Below are positions 1-11,434 of a stretch of DNA of 64,000 nucleotides, one piece after another. The position numbers were made by a program, and so were the translations under genes. Every line of letters begins with the position of its first letter. Within the stretch, counting starts at the first letter, position 1. The notes under the pieces are model-generated. The model had not been told where the DNA came from. It saw only the letters and a program-made list of their open reading frames with translations, and ran no database searches. The stretch is from Folioceros fuciformis (Eukaryota): positions 115,161 to 179,160 of the forward strand of contig JBNGIO010006265.1 of the NCBI GenBank assembly GCA_049999805.1. Direction: 5' to 3'.

Positions 1-1098
1 CGAAAACAGCTTTCCAAGAGCAGCATGCTATTAGGGACACTCTGCGGAAAAATTTTACTCGTATTGAGTTGAAAAATGGTGCTGCCAGATTCTAAGTTTA
101 TGAATCAACTCGCTACACCAAGAGGGCAGAACCTTGCAAGGAGGCCAAACGCTACTAACCGTCAAGAAGCCGTGTTCCATCAAACACTGGCACACTCCAA
201 GGTGATAGGGAAACAACAACCCAGCAGCAGAGAAACTGAAACCTGGGCTCGTCAGTGCAGGCCTTTCCTGCTCAGCGATAACATCTTTCTTCCTCTGCTC
301 CCACTGAACAAGAGGATCCAAATCGTCTCTCGTGACCGAATCAATACCATCGTCTCCCTCTCTCCTCCCCTGCGTGCTGGAAAGGCCTTCAGATGGTTCT
401 TGAAAGGCCTTTGCCACACTTCTCAAGAGGTTCTTAAAGGCAAACCACTCTTGAATGCTAGACCGCCATTTGATAAAAATTTGCACGGCTCCGTCTCCTC
501 CTGCTTGACCTACAACTACATCTGCAACTGCAGCTCCGTCAGCACCAGAAGCAGCCAAGGGACGGCTGTCTCCAGATTGGCTAACTTGAATCCCATCCAT
601 CACAGACGCAGGAACCGAGCACGGCGCATCTTTGCACTCTCGGCCGGCATGTTCCGATTCAACGCCCTGGGGGCTCATTGCACCATCAACAGCAGCCTCA
701 TTCTGCTCCTCCGAAAAGACTCTGGCAACCAGTTCCGGCCCCGCAGGACGGTGACCGAAAACGCTCCTTCCCCCAGGCAGCACATTCCAAGAAGAGCCCG
801 ATCTTAAATGCTTCGCAGCACCCGACCTGCTGCCCGGAATCGTAGCCATCCGAGCACCGTTACAACTGCGCACGGAGTTACATGCCTGGGACGCAACCTG
901 AGCATGACAGACATCTCCCGCCCCCCGAATCTGCCATGCGTGATAGCACATGAAAGCACCAATTCCCAAGGCCCGCTCCATGGCTCCGTCACCAAGCACG
1001 CCAGGCACAGAAAGCTGGATCATACCGCCTCCCGCAGTCCGCACGGAACTTCCACCATCCTGCACACAGAATTCAAAAACCATGAGCGCGCAATCCAT
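1..1098 (-). CDS. Patatin-like phospholipase (PNPLA family), 5' part; gene continues beyond the window start
   Basis: GFSFSAAGLLFPYHLGVCQCL matches the glycine-rich first motif of plant patatin-like lipases. GT donor after HGFLT (exon ends ~160), the same position as in the paralog at 8884. True start codon uncertain. Confidence 0.8.
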
Positions 1099-1172
1099 CC
1101 ATCCACCTCTCCCGCCAGCCTGAGCCGCGACACGATCGCACCAGCATTACCTCACACCAATTCTCCCACTGC

Positions 1173-1203
1173 GATTCGGATTCGAATTCGGATTCGGATT
1201 CGG
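1173..1203. repeat. (GATTCG)n hexamer microsatellite, about 5 copies
   Basis: gattcggattcgaattcggattcggattcgg read directly. Confidence 0.85.
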
Positions 1204-2375
1204 ACACAACAACATAGGCAGGAACCTGAGACGAGCCTACGCCTACCAAATTGCTTTTGAAGCCATGGAGAATTGCACTGTCCAGTCAGTGAACGGAAGT
1301 CCCAGCCTCGGTACAGATCGCACGCGGAAGTTGCCTCCGCATTCGGCCTGGAGCCAGAGAAGCTGCTGATGGAGCGGAGCCTCCAGGAAAGGTCTCACGC
1401 CAAGGAGCGCATGCGTCCACAACCGACCAATCCTGAGTTGGAGCGGAGAATCGGGAGTCAGGAGGAGCCGCAAGCCTTCCGCTCCTCCCAAGTCGCAGTG
1501 TCACACGAAACAGTTACGGGACGTATAGCCATGCTGGGATCCTTGGAGCATGCCAGCCGTGTTCTCAAACAAGTCCGATGCGTCTTTTCAGTAAGACAAA
1601 CATCAGACAACAAACGTTTAGAACAAGGCACTTGTGGCTCCTTGGCTTTGGGCTTTGCAGCAGGCGGCCCGCGCAGGGCTGTACGGATGGAGGGAGGGGG
1701 ACAATCGTTTGGAGTGTTCAATTAACTACAACTATGCGATTAATTCATCGAAAATTCACGTTGTCAAGTCATTTTGCACAAGGCCTCGGTGGCAAGATCC
1801 ACATCGAAGATGAGTGGTCATACCGGTGGATGCCTTTCCTAAATTGCGATAGTCCGAGGACGGCAAAGGAGGCGACGACGTGGTTGAAGTTAGATCGGTG
1901 GTCGGGTTTGATTCCGATCATTATTTGAGGGACCAGATGGAGCAAAGCTTCGTTCGTCATGAATGACAAGATCGGACTTCTGCAGCCGTTTCCTGGGCCC
2001 AGGGCGTGACTAGATGGCGGCTGTGGCGCGTCAGAAGTGAGGGAAGGGACGAGTTGCCTGTGCAGTCATCAGTGGCTGTTCACTCCGTTGCAGCACATCT
2101 GTAGGGTTGCTGGTCTATGTTCACTGGTCTCGCCCTTTTTGTGGTATGAATCCGGAATGTGTGATTTCTTGTGCCACTCGAGTTAATGATGCTATGACCG
2201 TGAACTTGAACTGGTAGATCTCATTGTGCCGCTGCTAGAGGCTCTAAGGCTGCTTCTTGAGGATCTGTGGATCAGGGAGTTGCTTTATCAAAGAAGGATC
2301 AGTAGGATCTCGGAATTGGAGTTCAATTGTCGCTTCATTCACGTTGGACTCGCGTTAGGGTGAGGGTGAAGGTGG

Positions 2376-3988
2376 TTACCTAGGTGATCCGTTGTTGAAG
2401 ACTGAGCTGTAGGTCGCAACCTGCACGAGAACAGAGAGCCATAACATAATGGTACGCATACAGAGATTACCAAAAAGGATGCCGTCCGAAGTTGGACACA
2501 GTGAGGTAGGCACCTTCGACTTGATTATGGAATAAGCTTGAGGTCCTGCCTTCTGCTCCAGCCAGTCACGTTAAGCTCTGAATTTGACACACTTGTGCGC
2601 ACCAATGCCATGGACAAAAAGCACATTTTAATCCCGATTCCTAACAACCTACCTCGAGAGTCTGCAAAGTCTCCTGAATCTGCTTGCAACCAGCAAACAA
2701 GTCACAAACTTCACTCTAGCAGCAACGCACAGCCAGAGCACACGGACTTAGTCCACACACAATGTGAAAGAACCAACCTCCTCGTTCTGGCTTTTGTCGA
2801 AAATCTTCTTGTTAATCTGAAATACCAGAACACCGACCGTGTGACAAACTGATAAGAGAGCAAAGCCACGACCTGCTGAACAGCTTAAGTGCATACCTGG
2901 ACGAGAAGAACATCAATGTAAGGATTGAGCACAGCTCCAACCGCAGCTGACAGGTCCCTGCAATGGACACAAACTCATGAATCCACCCTAGAAAGATCCC
3001 GTCACGTTGATGCAGCCACAAGCGGCATCGGCAAGAGCAAAACCTGAGGGCTTTAAGACCCACTCTAAACACGTTCTTGTCTGGATGGCCAAGACATGCC
3101 CTTAGAGGGGGAACCAGCCTGCTGAGGAGGGGCACGGTCTTGGCGGCTGCACCCTGCCATCACCATCCACTCCGTCAACCCTGCGACAGACTCACGTTCT
3201 GTGCCACAAACACGAGCCCCGGCACCTGTGCTTGCAGCAGGTTCTCAAATGCGGTCCGAGCAACAAACGTATACGGATGCTCTGTCTCCAGCAGGCCCTC
3301 GGCCACCGTTACCAGGATGGGATCGTAATTCAGGGCTGCATTACCACCGGCCCCTGTTCAGCAAGGCTGGCACCCTCCCCGTACCCCTTTGAGGCATGCA
3401 TGGACTAGCAGAAACGCACAGCTTGGGGGCCGGTCCCATTGCAGCCTCGATACCACAGATCCGTGGTTTATCCGGCACGGAATGGATCCCGCCACATACG
3501 CCCTTCCGAACACCCTGCGAGCCACGCCTCCCTCAGTCAGACACACACACCCTAGACCTAGCGCACGCCACGCCATGCCATGCCCTGCCCTGCTCCTTCA
3601 CATCCTCCACAGCTCTCCCGCACATCAAGCCCAGACCAGCGCCAGGCCCCAGCGCAAAAGATCGCAGTGCGTACGAGAGGGGCCGGCGCACAAACGGGTG
3701 CGTAGCCCGCACCGCGTGCTTGCGCGACGGAAGCAGGTTCTTGTTCAATTTAGAACTGAGCGCGACCGCCATGGACCAGGGCGCTGGTTCCGCCGGCTTC
3801 CGATTCTTCTTCTTGCAAGCTTCGAGCTGCGAAGGGAGCCGTAACCGCGACTAACCCCCTCCTCCACTTCCATTTTTAGTTTCCCAGCACACACCGCCCA
3901 TATCTACATCTCTGGGGACACAAATTACACCGTAACCAGACTGCCTTCCGTAAGGCCTATGGATCTCGCCCTTCGTTAAGGAAGCCAT
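2376..3988 (-). CDS. PACRG-like (Parkin co-regulated gene-like) protein, multi-exon, flagellar/axonemal family
   Basis: Exons spell YVAGSIPCRINHGSVVSRLQWD, YDPILVTVAEGLLETEHPYTFVARTAF, PLLSRLVPPLRACL, LSAAVGAVLNPYIDVLLVQ and IIKSK|VATYSSVF*, colinear with the ParcG family. GT-AG junctions visible. Start ATG at 3988 is tentative. Confidence 0.8.
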
Positions 3989-4301
3989 ATTCAAAAAGAG
4001 CTTGGAACCGGTGAGGTACAGCAGGAGCTTACGGGAGTTTGCAGGGCCTGAATCAGGCACATTTATCTCGTCTCCCTCACTGAGGCTCCATCATCAGTAA
4101 CATGTATGAGTGACGCGTATAATACATACATACATACTGGCTAGTGCGTGGCATTTTGAGGAGCATGCAGGTACGTAGGAGGAACACTGTGCGGCGTTCC
4201 TGGAGGAGCCGGCACTGGCCGGTGTACGAATGAGGGGTTGGGAAGCTCGCAAATAGCTGGGGCCTGTGGACTGCCTGCGGTGAGATCGGCGGTGGGGCCC
4301 C

Positions 4302-7150
4302 ATGTCCGTGCTGCGCTGTTTGTGTGGAGCTTGGAGATCCTCTGACGCTGAGCAGGTGAATCGCGGCGGCGGCTGCAGGCTAGAATTCACCGAGGCCGGT
4401 GCTGGGAGCCGGGGCGGCGCAGGCAGGGCCTCCTGCCGGGGAAGCTGGCGCTGCGGTGAGGGGATGGTCGGAGGAGGCGGCGGCTGCTCTGTCTGCTGAT
4501 ATCCGCGTTCGGGTTGGAAATGAGGTTGCTGCGCAACCTGCAGCGAGTGCGTGGCACTGTCCTCCTGGCTTACTTTTGCTTTGATTCCGTGTAATTTGGG
4601 GCTTGGATGGCTGTCTGGATGCTGTGGTGGCGAGGATTTGGTGCAGCTCGTTTTCTGCATTGTTTTGACCTAGTTTAGGGAGGGGTTTTGTGGTGGATCG
4701 GCGACTGGTGAATGCGCTGGTGGAGGATTGGTGAGAATTGATGCCATTGGTTGGAATGGAAATTCTGCGGGTTTGAGCTCGCTTTGTTTCTGGCAGGTTC
4801 GACTACAGCTGGCGGTCGCTGCTCGGGGGCAGCGGTGCCTCCCCTTTGATGGAACAGGATCTGCTAGAGGTTTAGTGTCGTCCGACTCGGCGGAGCTGTT
4901 GTCATGTTTGCCCCGAGTCGTGCAGAGGAAATTCGCCGGTTTCCAGCCTGTGCTAGATCCTGGTCTTCGGGAGTCCTCGTCGGGCAGCTATGCCAAGCAC
5001 CAGGTGATTCGCAGCTGGTCGGTCTACGTTATCGCTTTCCGGTGGACCTTATGTTCAGAAGGAGATTCACTCCGGTTGGTGAGGCCTTGTGTAATTTTAG
5101 GATGTGGATGTGTGCAGGATAAGGTGGACCCCTTTTCTTTAGTGGCAGATGAGCTCGCTTTGCTGGCGCACAGATTGCGTGATATGGTTTCTGTTGAGGT
5201 TCGTGCATGCAAGGTGGACGTAATTTGCTGCAGCGACACTTGTATGTAAGGTCAGCAGCTTCTTGTGCGTCTCTTTTCATTGACGAACCTGGTGGTGCAG
5301 GTTCCTAGGTTAGCATCAGCTGCTGAGTATTTCTTCAAGCTTGGGGTTGAAGGCAAACGTTTTCGGCCTATGGTACGGTATCTATCCCTCATGGCTGTTT
5401 TGGCATGGACTTCCTTGTCGCTACTTGTGAGAACTCTCTGTAAACCCAGATAACCTGTACAGCAGTGAGTCGATTCACAAATATCATTTTTCTACGTTCC
5501 TGTCAGGTGTTATTGCTGATGGCATCATCAATGACTGTAGTGCTACCAGATATGGCCTCAACTTTTGTGAACGATCATATGGCAAAGGAGCGGAGGTTGA
5601 GGCAGCAGCGCATTGCAGAAATCACGGAAATGATCCATGTATGCGCTTGTTCCTGTGCAACATACATTGCCTGACAGTTGTTCCGATAGCAGCTTGGCTA
5701 ATATGCTATGGTTCCTTGTAGGTTGCAAGCCTTCTCCATGACGACGTCTTGGACCTTGCAGAAACTCGCAGAGGCGTGGGTTCTCTGAACTTCGTAATGG
5801 GCAACAAGGCAAGTTGCTGACTTTGCCGACTTCCGGTACTGCATTATGAATGACACAGGCAGTGATAAGTGATACCCACTGTCCACTGCGAGAGAATGTT
5901 GTAGTCTAGTTGAAGCAGGGATTTGTTGTCAGCAGTTCAAATCTTTTAAGAATGTTCTGGACTGCTGTTATCTTTAAAGTTCTGAACTTCTGTAAACTAA
6001 CAGCGTGGCTAAACCTGATTGTGCAGTTGGCTGTCCTGGCTGGGGACTTTCTTCTAGCACGGGCTTCTGTTGCACTGGCATCCTTAAAAAATACCGAGGT
6101 ACAGCGATGCTGTTGCTTGGCAATTGCAGAACTTATGGCATCTGTATGATCGATTTGCTCCAGATTTTACATTTTGTCCTCAGCATTTCTTCAATGCGCA
6201 GGTTGTGGAGTTGCTGTCAAAAGTATTGGAACATTTGGTCACTGGTGAAATCATGCAGCTGACCAGCGAAAAGGAAGATAATTTCAGGTGGGCCTGTATT
6301 TGTGTTGTCTTGTGCTTACCAAAAAGTCCCTTGCTCGAAAATAAAATCCGGCCTATACTGCAGTATGGATTATTATATGAAGAAAACGTTCTACAAGACC
6401 GCTTCTTTGATGGCCAATAGTTGCAAGTCAATAGCAATCCTGGCCGATCAGCCAGCTGAGGTTGCCACACTCGCATTTGAGTATGGACGCCACCTGGTAC
6501 GTCTAGGGATGAGGGTTTGGGCTTTCGTTATTTTAACTTGAGGCATGCACGGAGCTGAATCAAATGTCGCGTCTTCACTCTATGCATTTGGAACACCGCC
6601 AGGGTCTTGCTTATCAGCTAGTTGATGATGCGTTGGATTTTACTGGAACACAAGCGACTCTGGGAAAGCCAGCTCTCTCTGACTTGCGCCAGGTATGTCC
6701 CTGGAGTTAATTCTTAACCATGCGTACTGCAATGAGCAAGAGAGAGTTCTGCAGCCTTGTTCTGTGCCCCAACAGGGTCTGGTAACTGCTCCAGTTCTTT
6801 TTGCATTGGAGGAGCAGCCACAAATGTACGAGTTGATCAGCCGGGGATTCAAAGCCCCTGAAGATGTCAATCTGGTAGTCTTCGGCACTCCTGTTCTTGT
6901 TAGACACATCTGCCTGCCTTTTACACAACCGTTCTATGAATCAACGGGGTAAATTGGCTGTTCCTTTCAGGCCTTGAAATTGGTGAATAGCAGCAATGGC
7001 ATCAAGAGGACCCGAGATCTAGCAGCCCAGCACGCCGCGCAGGCCGCTGAAGCCATTGCTTCTCTACCTGACTCCGATTCTGAGAGGGTGCAGCAATGCC
7101 GGCGGGCTCTGAGCGAGTTGGCGGAGCACGTGGTGACGAGAACCAAGTAA
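4302..7150 (+). CDS. Trans-polyprenyl (geranyl/solanesyl) diphosphate synthase, GPS1-like, multi-exon
   Basis: [29 protein letters not shown] (first Asp-rich motif), [32 protein letters not shown] (second Asp-rich motif), ending VVTRTK* at 7150. 5' end unresolved. Confidence 0.9.
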
Positions 7151-8412
7151 TGAGTGAGCAGCATACTCCGCTTTTTGCCTCGCTACCAAGTCAATCGAGT
7201 TGATCATCTCCGATGTACTTGTAGATAATAATCAGTGACAGGAAGCAGTCAGAACTGGGACAGCGAGAATTTTGACAAGAGTCTGGCCGAGCTAGTAGGT
7301 AGAAGGTACTATGCATCCGTACTTCCTGTCTGTTGCCATTGTTTTCCTATTGACAGGCCCTTACAGTAAAGAGGCTTTGATTGGTAGAGTAACTGGTATC
7401 CGCACTGGTTGTGTGAGGATGAACTCACATGCCACCTCTGTAACCTGCTCTCCTTAAAGCACCAGTACCTAGTCGTTTGACTCCATGCAGGGGTGGCCCC
7501 AGTTTCTCCTCAGGCCATAACGAACTTGTCCCCTGTCCAGCAAGCAGGACAGGAGCTGAGTGACGGGAGGCGAGGAGTGGTTGGGGCCTGTCATCGTGTC
7601 CATCGAAGGAGGCCGCGGCCCCGCGTCCAAGACCCTGGAGCTGAGAGTTCCACCTCGAGCTCATCGCGATGGGAGTTGCGGGTACGTCCCAGCCCTAATT
7701 CCCTGTTCATCAATTCCCGCACGGCTGAGCATGTGTGGAGACTACGAAGTTGACCATAGTAAAAGCCAGTGAACGGATAGCCATAAAGACCTGACTTACA
7801 TTGGACTGGAGTTCCGGCTTTGTCGCTGTTGCAAAGTACTGTACATACAGAGAAGTGCGCGACGCCCGCCTTTTTCTTCGGCGGCGCCGGGCCAGCGTGT
7901 CGGTTGTGAGTAAGTTTGAATCGTGAATCTCCGCGCTGGCTTGGCCGTAGCTGGTGCGAGTGTGGAGCGATGGTAGGCAACACATGGGTGGTCTCTGGTT
8001 CAGCCATGGATCCTCCGGCTCCACCACCAGATTGCGCCTGTAGCTACCTGTCATCCCAAGCTACCCACCCGGATCTGTCCTCCACCGGTCGCTCCTTCCG
8101 CTGGCTCCCGGCCCCGAGGAAGGAGAGCAGTCCCAGCCCACGAGCCAGCCCCTCACTCCTCAACGTGCTGCTTATAACATCCTCTTCCGCATTCGTCTCT
8201 TCGGTGAGCCTTTCGAACACCCAACCACCCGCGCACCTGCCTTCTCCCCACTCCACCCCCCCGCCCCCCCGAACCTTCCTCCGCCCTGGCGTGGTGCACA
8301 GCTCGCTTCTCGCACTTCCGGCAGGTGAGCAGGTGCGCCAGGAACGGATTGAGTAGCGTTTCTGTTTCTCTTTGTGGTTTGGTTTCCTGTGAGGTTGGTG
8401 GGCGATTGTGGA

Positions 8413-8512
8413 NNNNNNNNNNNNNNNNNNNNNNNNNNNNNNNNNNNNNNNNNNNNNNNNNNNNNNNNNNNNNNNNNNNNNNNNNNNNNNNNNNNNNNNN
8501 NNNNNNNNNNNN
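8413..8512. other. Assembly gap (100 N)
   Basis: Run of N. Confidence 1.
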
Positions 8513-8883
8513 GTTTGGGACTCTTGTGATGCGTGGAGTGGGGGAGGATTTGGGTTTGTAAGAGGGAGGGATGACAGAATGCTTTGAGTGAGTGAGGGAG
8601 TGAATGAATAAATGACTGAATGAATGAGCGAGAAGCTCTGCGTTGGTCGGGCAAGGCTCTAGGATTAGGGTGTGAATCACTTCGTCGTTGTAATGCATCT
8701 GCTGCTGCTGACCAGAGCGTTTGTGACAGGTCTTTAGGCTTTTAGTAGGCATTTGGTGACTGTTTCGGTCACGCAATCGATATTCGACAGTTAGCATGCT
8801 TTGTTTGCTATTCTCCTCTGCCTTTGCGTCTGTTTCTGGGAGGCGTGACTGAATAAAGAGGTCCCATTTGAGGGAAGTGGAAG

Positions 8884-11126
8884 ATGCATATGGCTTTCCG
8901 AGCTCCAGGATTCTTTGCGGATTTCAACTTCCCGGAGAAGTTGGTTCCCAGTTATGAGCGGACTCTGCTGGTGACGTCACTCATGGGCCTGTGGCAGGCA
9001 TTCTCCATTTTGATCTTGGTGGCGGTTGTCGGCGGCTTGCTGCTGGCTCAGCTGCAGAGATGGTTGCAGAGGTACCTGACGCAGGAAAGCGATCCTGGCG
9101 CCAGTCTGGAATGTGCATCGGAAAGCGCTGCCGCTGGTGGTGCTGGTGGCGAGACTGAGGGTGTGGTTTCGGCCCGCGCATTCTCGGCTGGAGCTGGAGC
9201 TGGAGTGGTGCCGGCTGCAAGGGAGGATGACGCTGCTTTTTCCAACGATGGGGTGTATGACGAAGACGGGCTGCTAGGAGGGCTCTGGAATTTGAATTCG
9301 GCGTTGCACTTTGGGCAAGACTATGAGTGGATCTACAAACTTTCAGAGGCGAATCTTGAACTGGGGGATGCGAGTCTGGCATCTCTGTACGCGCAGGCTA
9401 GCAGTCTTTTAGCCGAGCTTTACGCGCGTCTTCTGTTGAAGTATTCGCAGTTCACTGCTGCGGATGAATGTGAGGCTGGAGGGTCTGTAGGGAGCGGTGA
9501 GGACGATGAAGAGGAAAGCTTTCGCAATCCTCGCTGTTGCGGATCGGCCACCTGCGTTTGCTTCAGCGCGGATTCCTGCGATGGAATGCGCGGTAACTTG
9601 CCGACAAGGAGGAGGAAAGCAATGCAGCAGCTGCAAACTGGTGAGAGGATGGAGGACGAGGGCGAGGAAATCGCGTCCATCGAGGCAGATGAAGTGAGCC
9701 CTAATGTTGAATGGGGCCTCCGGAAGAAGGATTTGATTGCTGAGGAGAATAGGCGGCTGGACCTGAGCCGTGGATTCTCCTTCTCAGCTGCAGGTCTACT
9801 GTTCCCCTACTATCTAGGGGTGGCGCATTGCCTGAAAGAGCATGACTTCCTGAAGGTTAGGCACCTTGCCTTCCTGCTGAATTTGGTCCTGTCTGTGAGT
9901 CAATTGGAGTGTCGAAGGGTTTGTTTTGGAGCATGCAGCATGACCGGGATGAGCGACAAGGTATCATTCGTGTTGTTGTTTGTCGTAGGAAGATACTCCG
10001 CTTGCGGGTTCATCAGCCGGCGCCCTTGTGTGTGCTGTTGTTGCGGGGGGTGTGAATATGCGGGATTCGTTGGAGGCCACGAAGGAACTGGGGAGAGAGT
10101 GTCGGGAAGGTGGAACAGCCTTCAAACTCGGGGTATAGATCATCACCTTCTTGTGCAATAAGCTGGTAGTATAAAAATTGCATCTGCTCTTACTCATATG
10201 TCTACCTCATTCTGTTCCATGCAGGCAGTTTTGAGGCGCTTCTTGGATAGGTTCCTACCAGTGGATGCCCATCTGAGAGCGAATGGTCGAATTAGAGGCA
10301 CGTTCACACATCCATAGAGCCACGATTGATCTAGGAGTTCTTGTGTGAAAGGTTCCTTGAAGGGCACTAAGTGGATGATCTCAGCATTACAGTCTGTTAG
10401 GCTGATGGGAATCTTTTGCTGGTTGGGTTTTGCAGTGTCCATCACACAGGTCTTTGGATCACCGAAAGGCCTACTCGTGGATCAGTTTGATTCCAAGGAA
10501 GATCTTTTGGACGCTCTGCTGGCTTCCTGTCACATTCCGTTGTATGTTGCCGCAGGCTCAAACTTCGATTGGATTCCAAACCTTTTCGTTTCCTGTATTC
10601 TGACCCACGATCCGGTGTTTCAGATATTTTGCATCTTGGCCTGTTACACTCTTTAGAAATCGCATCTGTTTGGATGGAGGATTAGCATTTTTCGCGCCAC
10701 CGACAGCAGCCAATCATACAGTAAGCGCTTGCTCATGGAAGTAACAACCAAGTGAAACTGCGCCCTCTCCCGGCTTATGTGCTGCTTGCTGCAATCGTCT
10801 GCAGGTCAGAGTGTGTCCCTTCCCAGGACTAAGATTTGGGAGTTTTGGCATCAGCCCTGATTGTAATCCTTCATTGAAGAGGCCCAACCTGTTCCAGGTA
10901 CACTCGAAAACACACAAAGTTTGAAGCGGAATCGTGCTTGTAGCTGTCCTAAAACGCCTTGTGTTTTTTTTCCGGACAGCTTGTGAGGTGGATGTTGGTA
11001 CCCGCAGAAGACCACCATATGGAGGAGCTTTTTGACCTAGGCTTCCAGGATGCTTTAGGTTGGTGCCGTAAGCATTCACGGTGCAGAACGGATGGTACCC
11101 AACGGAAAAAGAAGAAGCAGCTATAA
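8884..11126 (+). CDS. Patatin-like phospholipase, about 7 exons, with a hydrophobic N-terminal segment
   Basis: GFSFSAAGLLFPYYLGV, lipase motif GSSAG (DTPLAGSSAGAL), DALLASCHIP, catalytic DGG (RICLDGGLA). Last exon ends KKKKQL* at 11126. Confidence 0.88.
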
Positions 11127-11434
11127 CATCAACTAGTGTAGATAATCAATTCATCTGCTGCCGAAGTCCAGCCAGGATCTGGCTGGGTGGCACATTGATT
11201 CCCTGCCATGGTCTAAAATCGCCACGTCTCTGTACAATAAACGCTGGAAGCAGAAGTGTTTGAAAAGGTGTATCCTAGTAACGAGGTTCGGAACTACAGA
11301 CATACTGTACTTGGTTTCTGTATACCAAATCAGATCATATTCTCTCCACTCGGTTTCTCACCTCCACCCTGATTGTGTGCGTTGATGCTGGCTGTCAAGT
11401 ATTGCCTCCTGTGTGGAACATGTCGTAGGAAGTT

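Noticed and set aside
808-1260. ORF containing IRIRIRIR
   Set aside because: Translation of the GATTCG microsatellite, antisense to the patatin gene.
1273-1928. Plus-strand ORFs of 150 and 116 aa
   Set aside because: No recognisable family, non-ATG starts and no convincing exon chain; may be UTR or promoter sequence.
7425-8797. ORFs around the N gap and a (TGAG/TGAA)n tract near 8585-8630
   Set aside because: Low-complexity and interrupted by the gap; possibly the 5' exon or intron of the second patatin, but not supportable.
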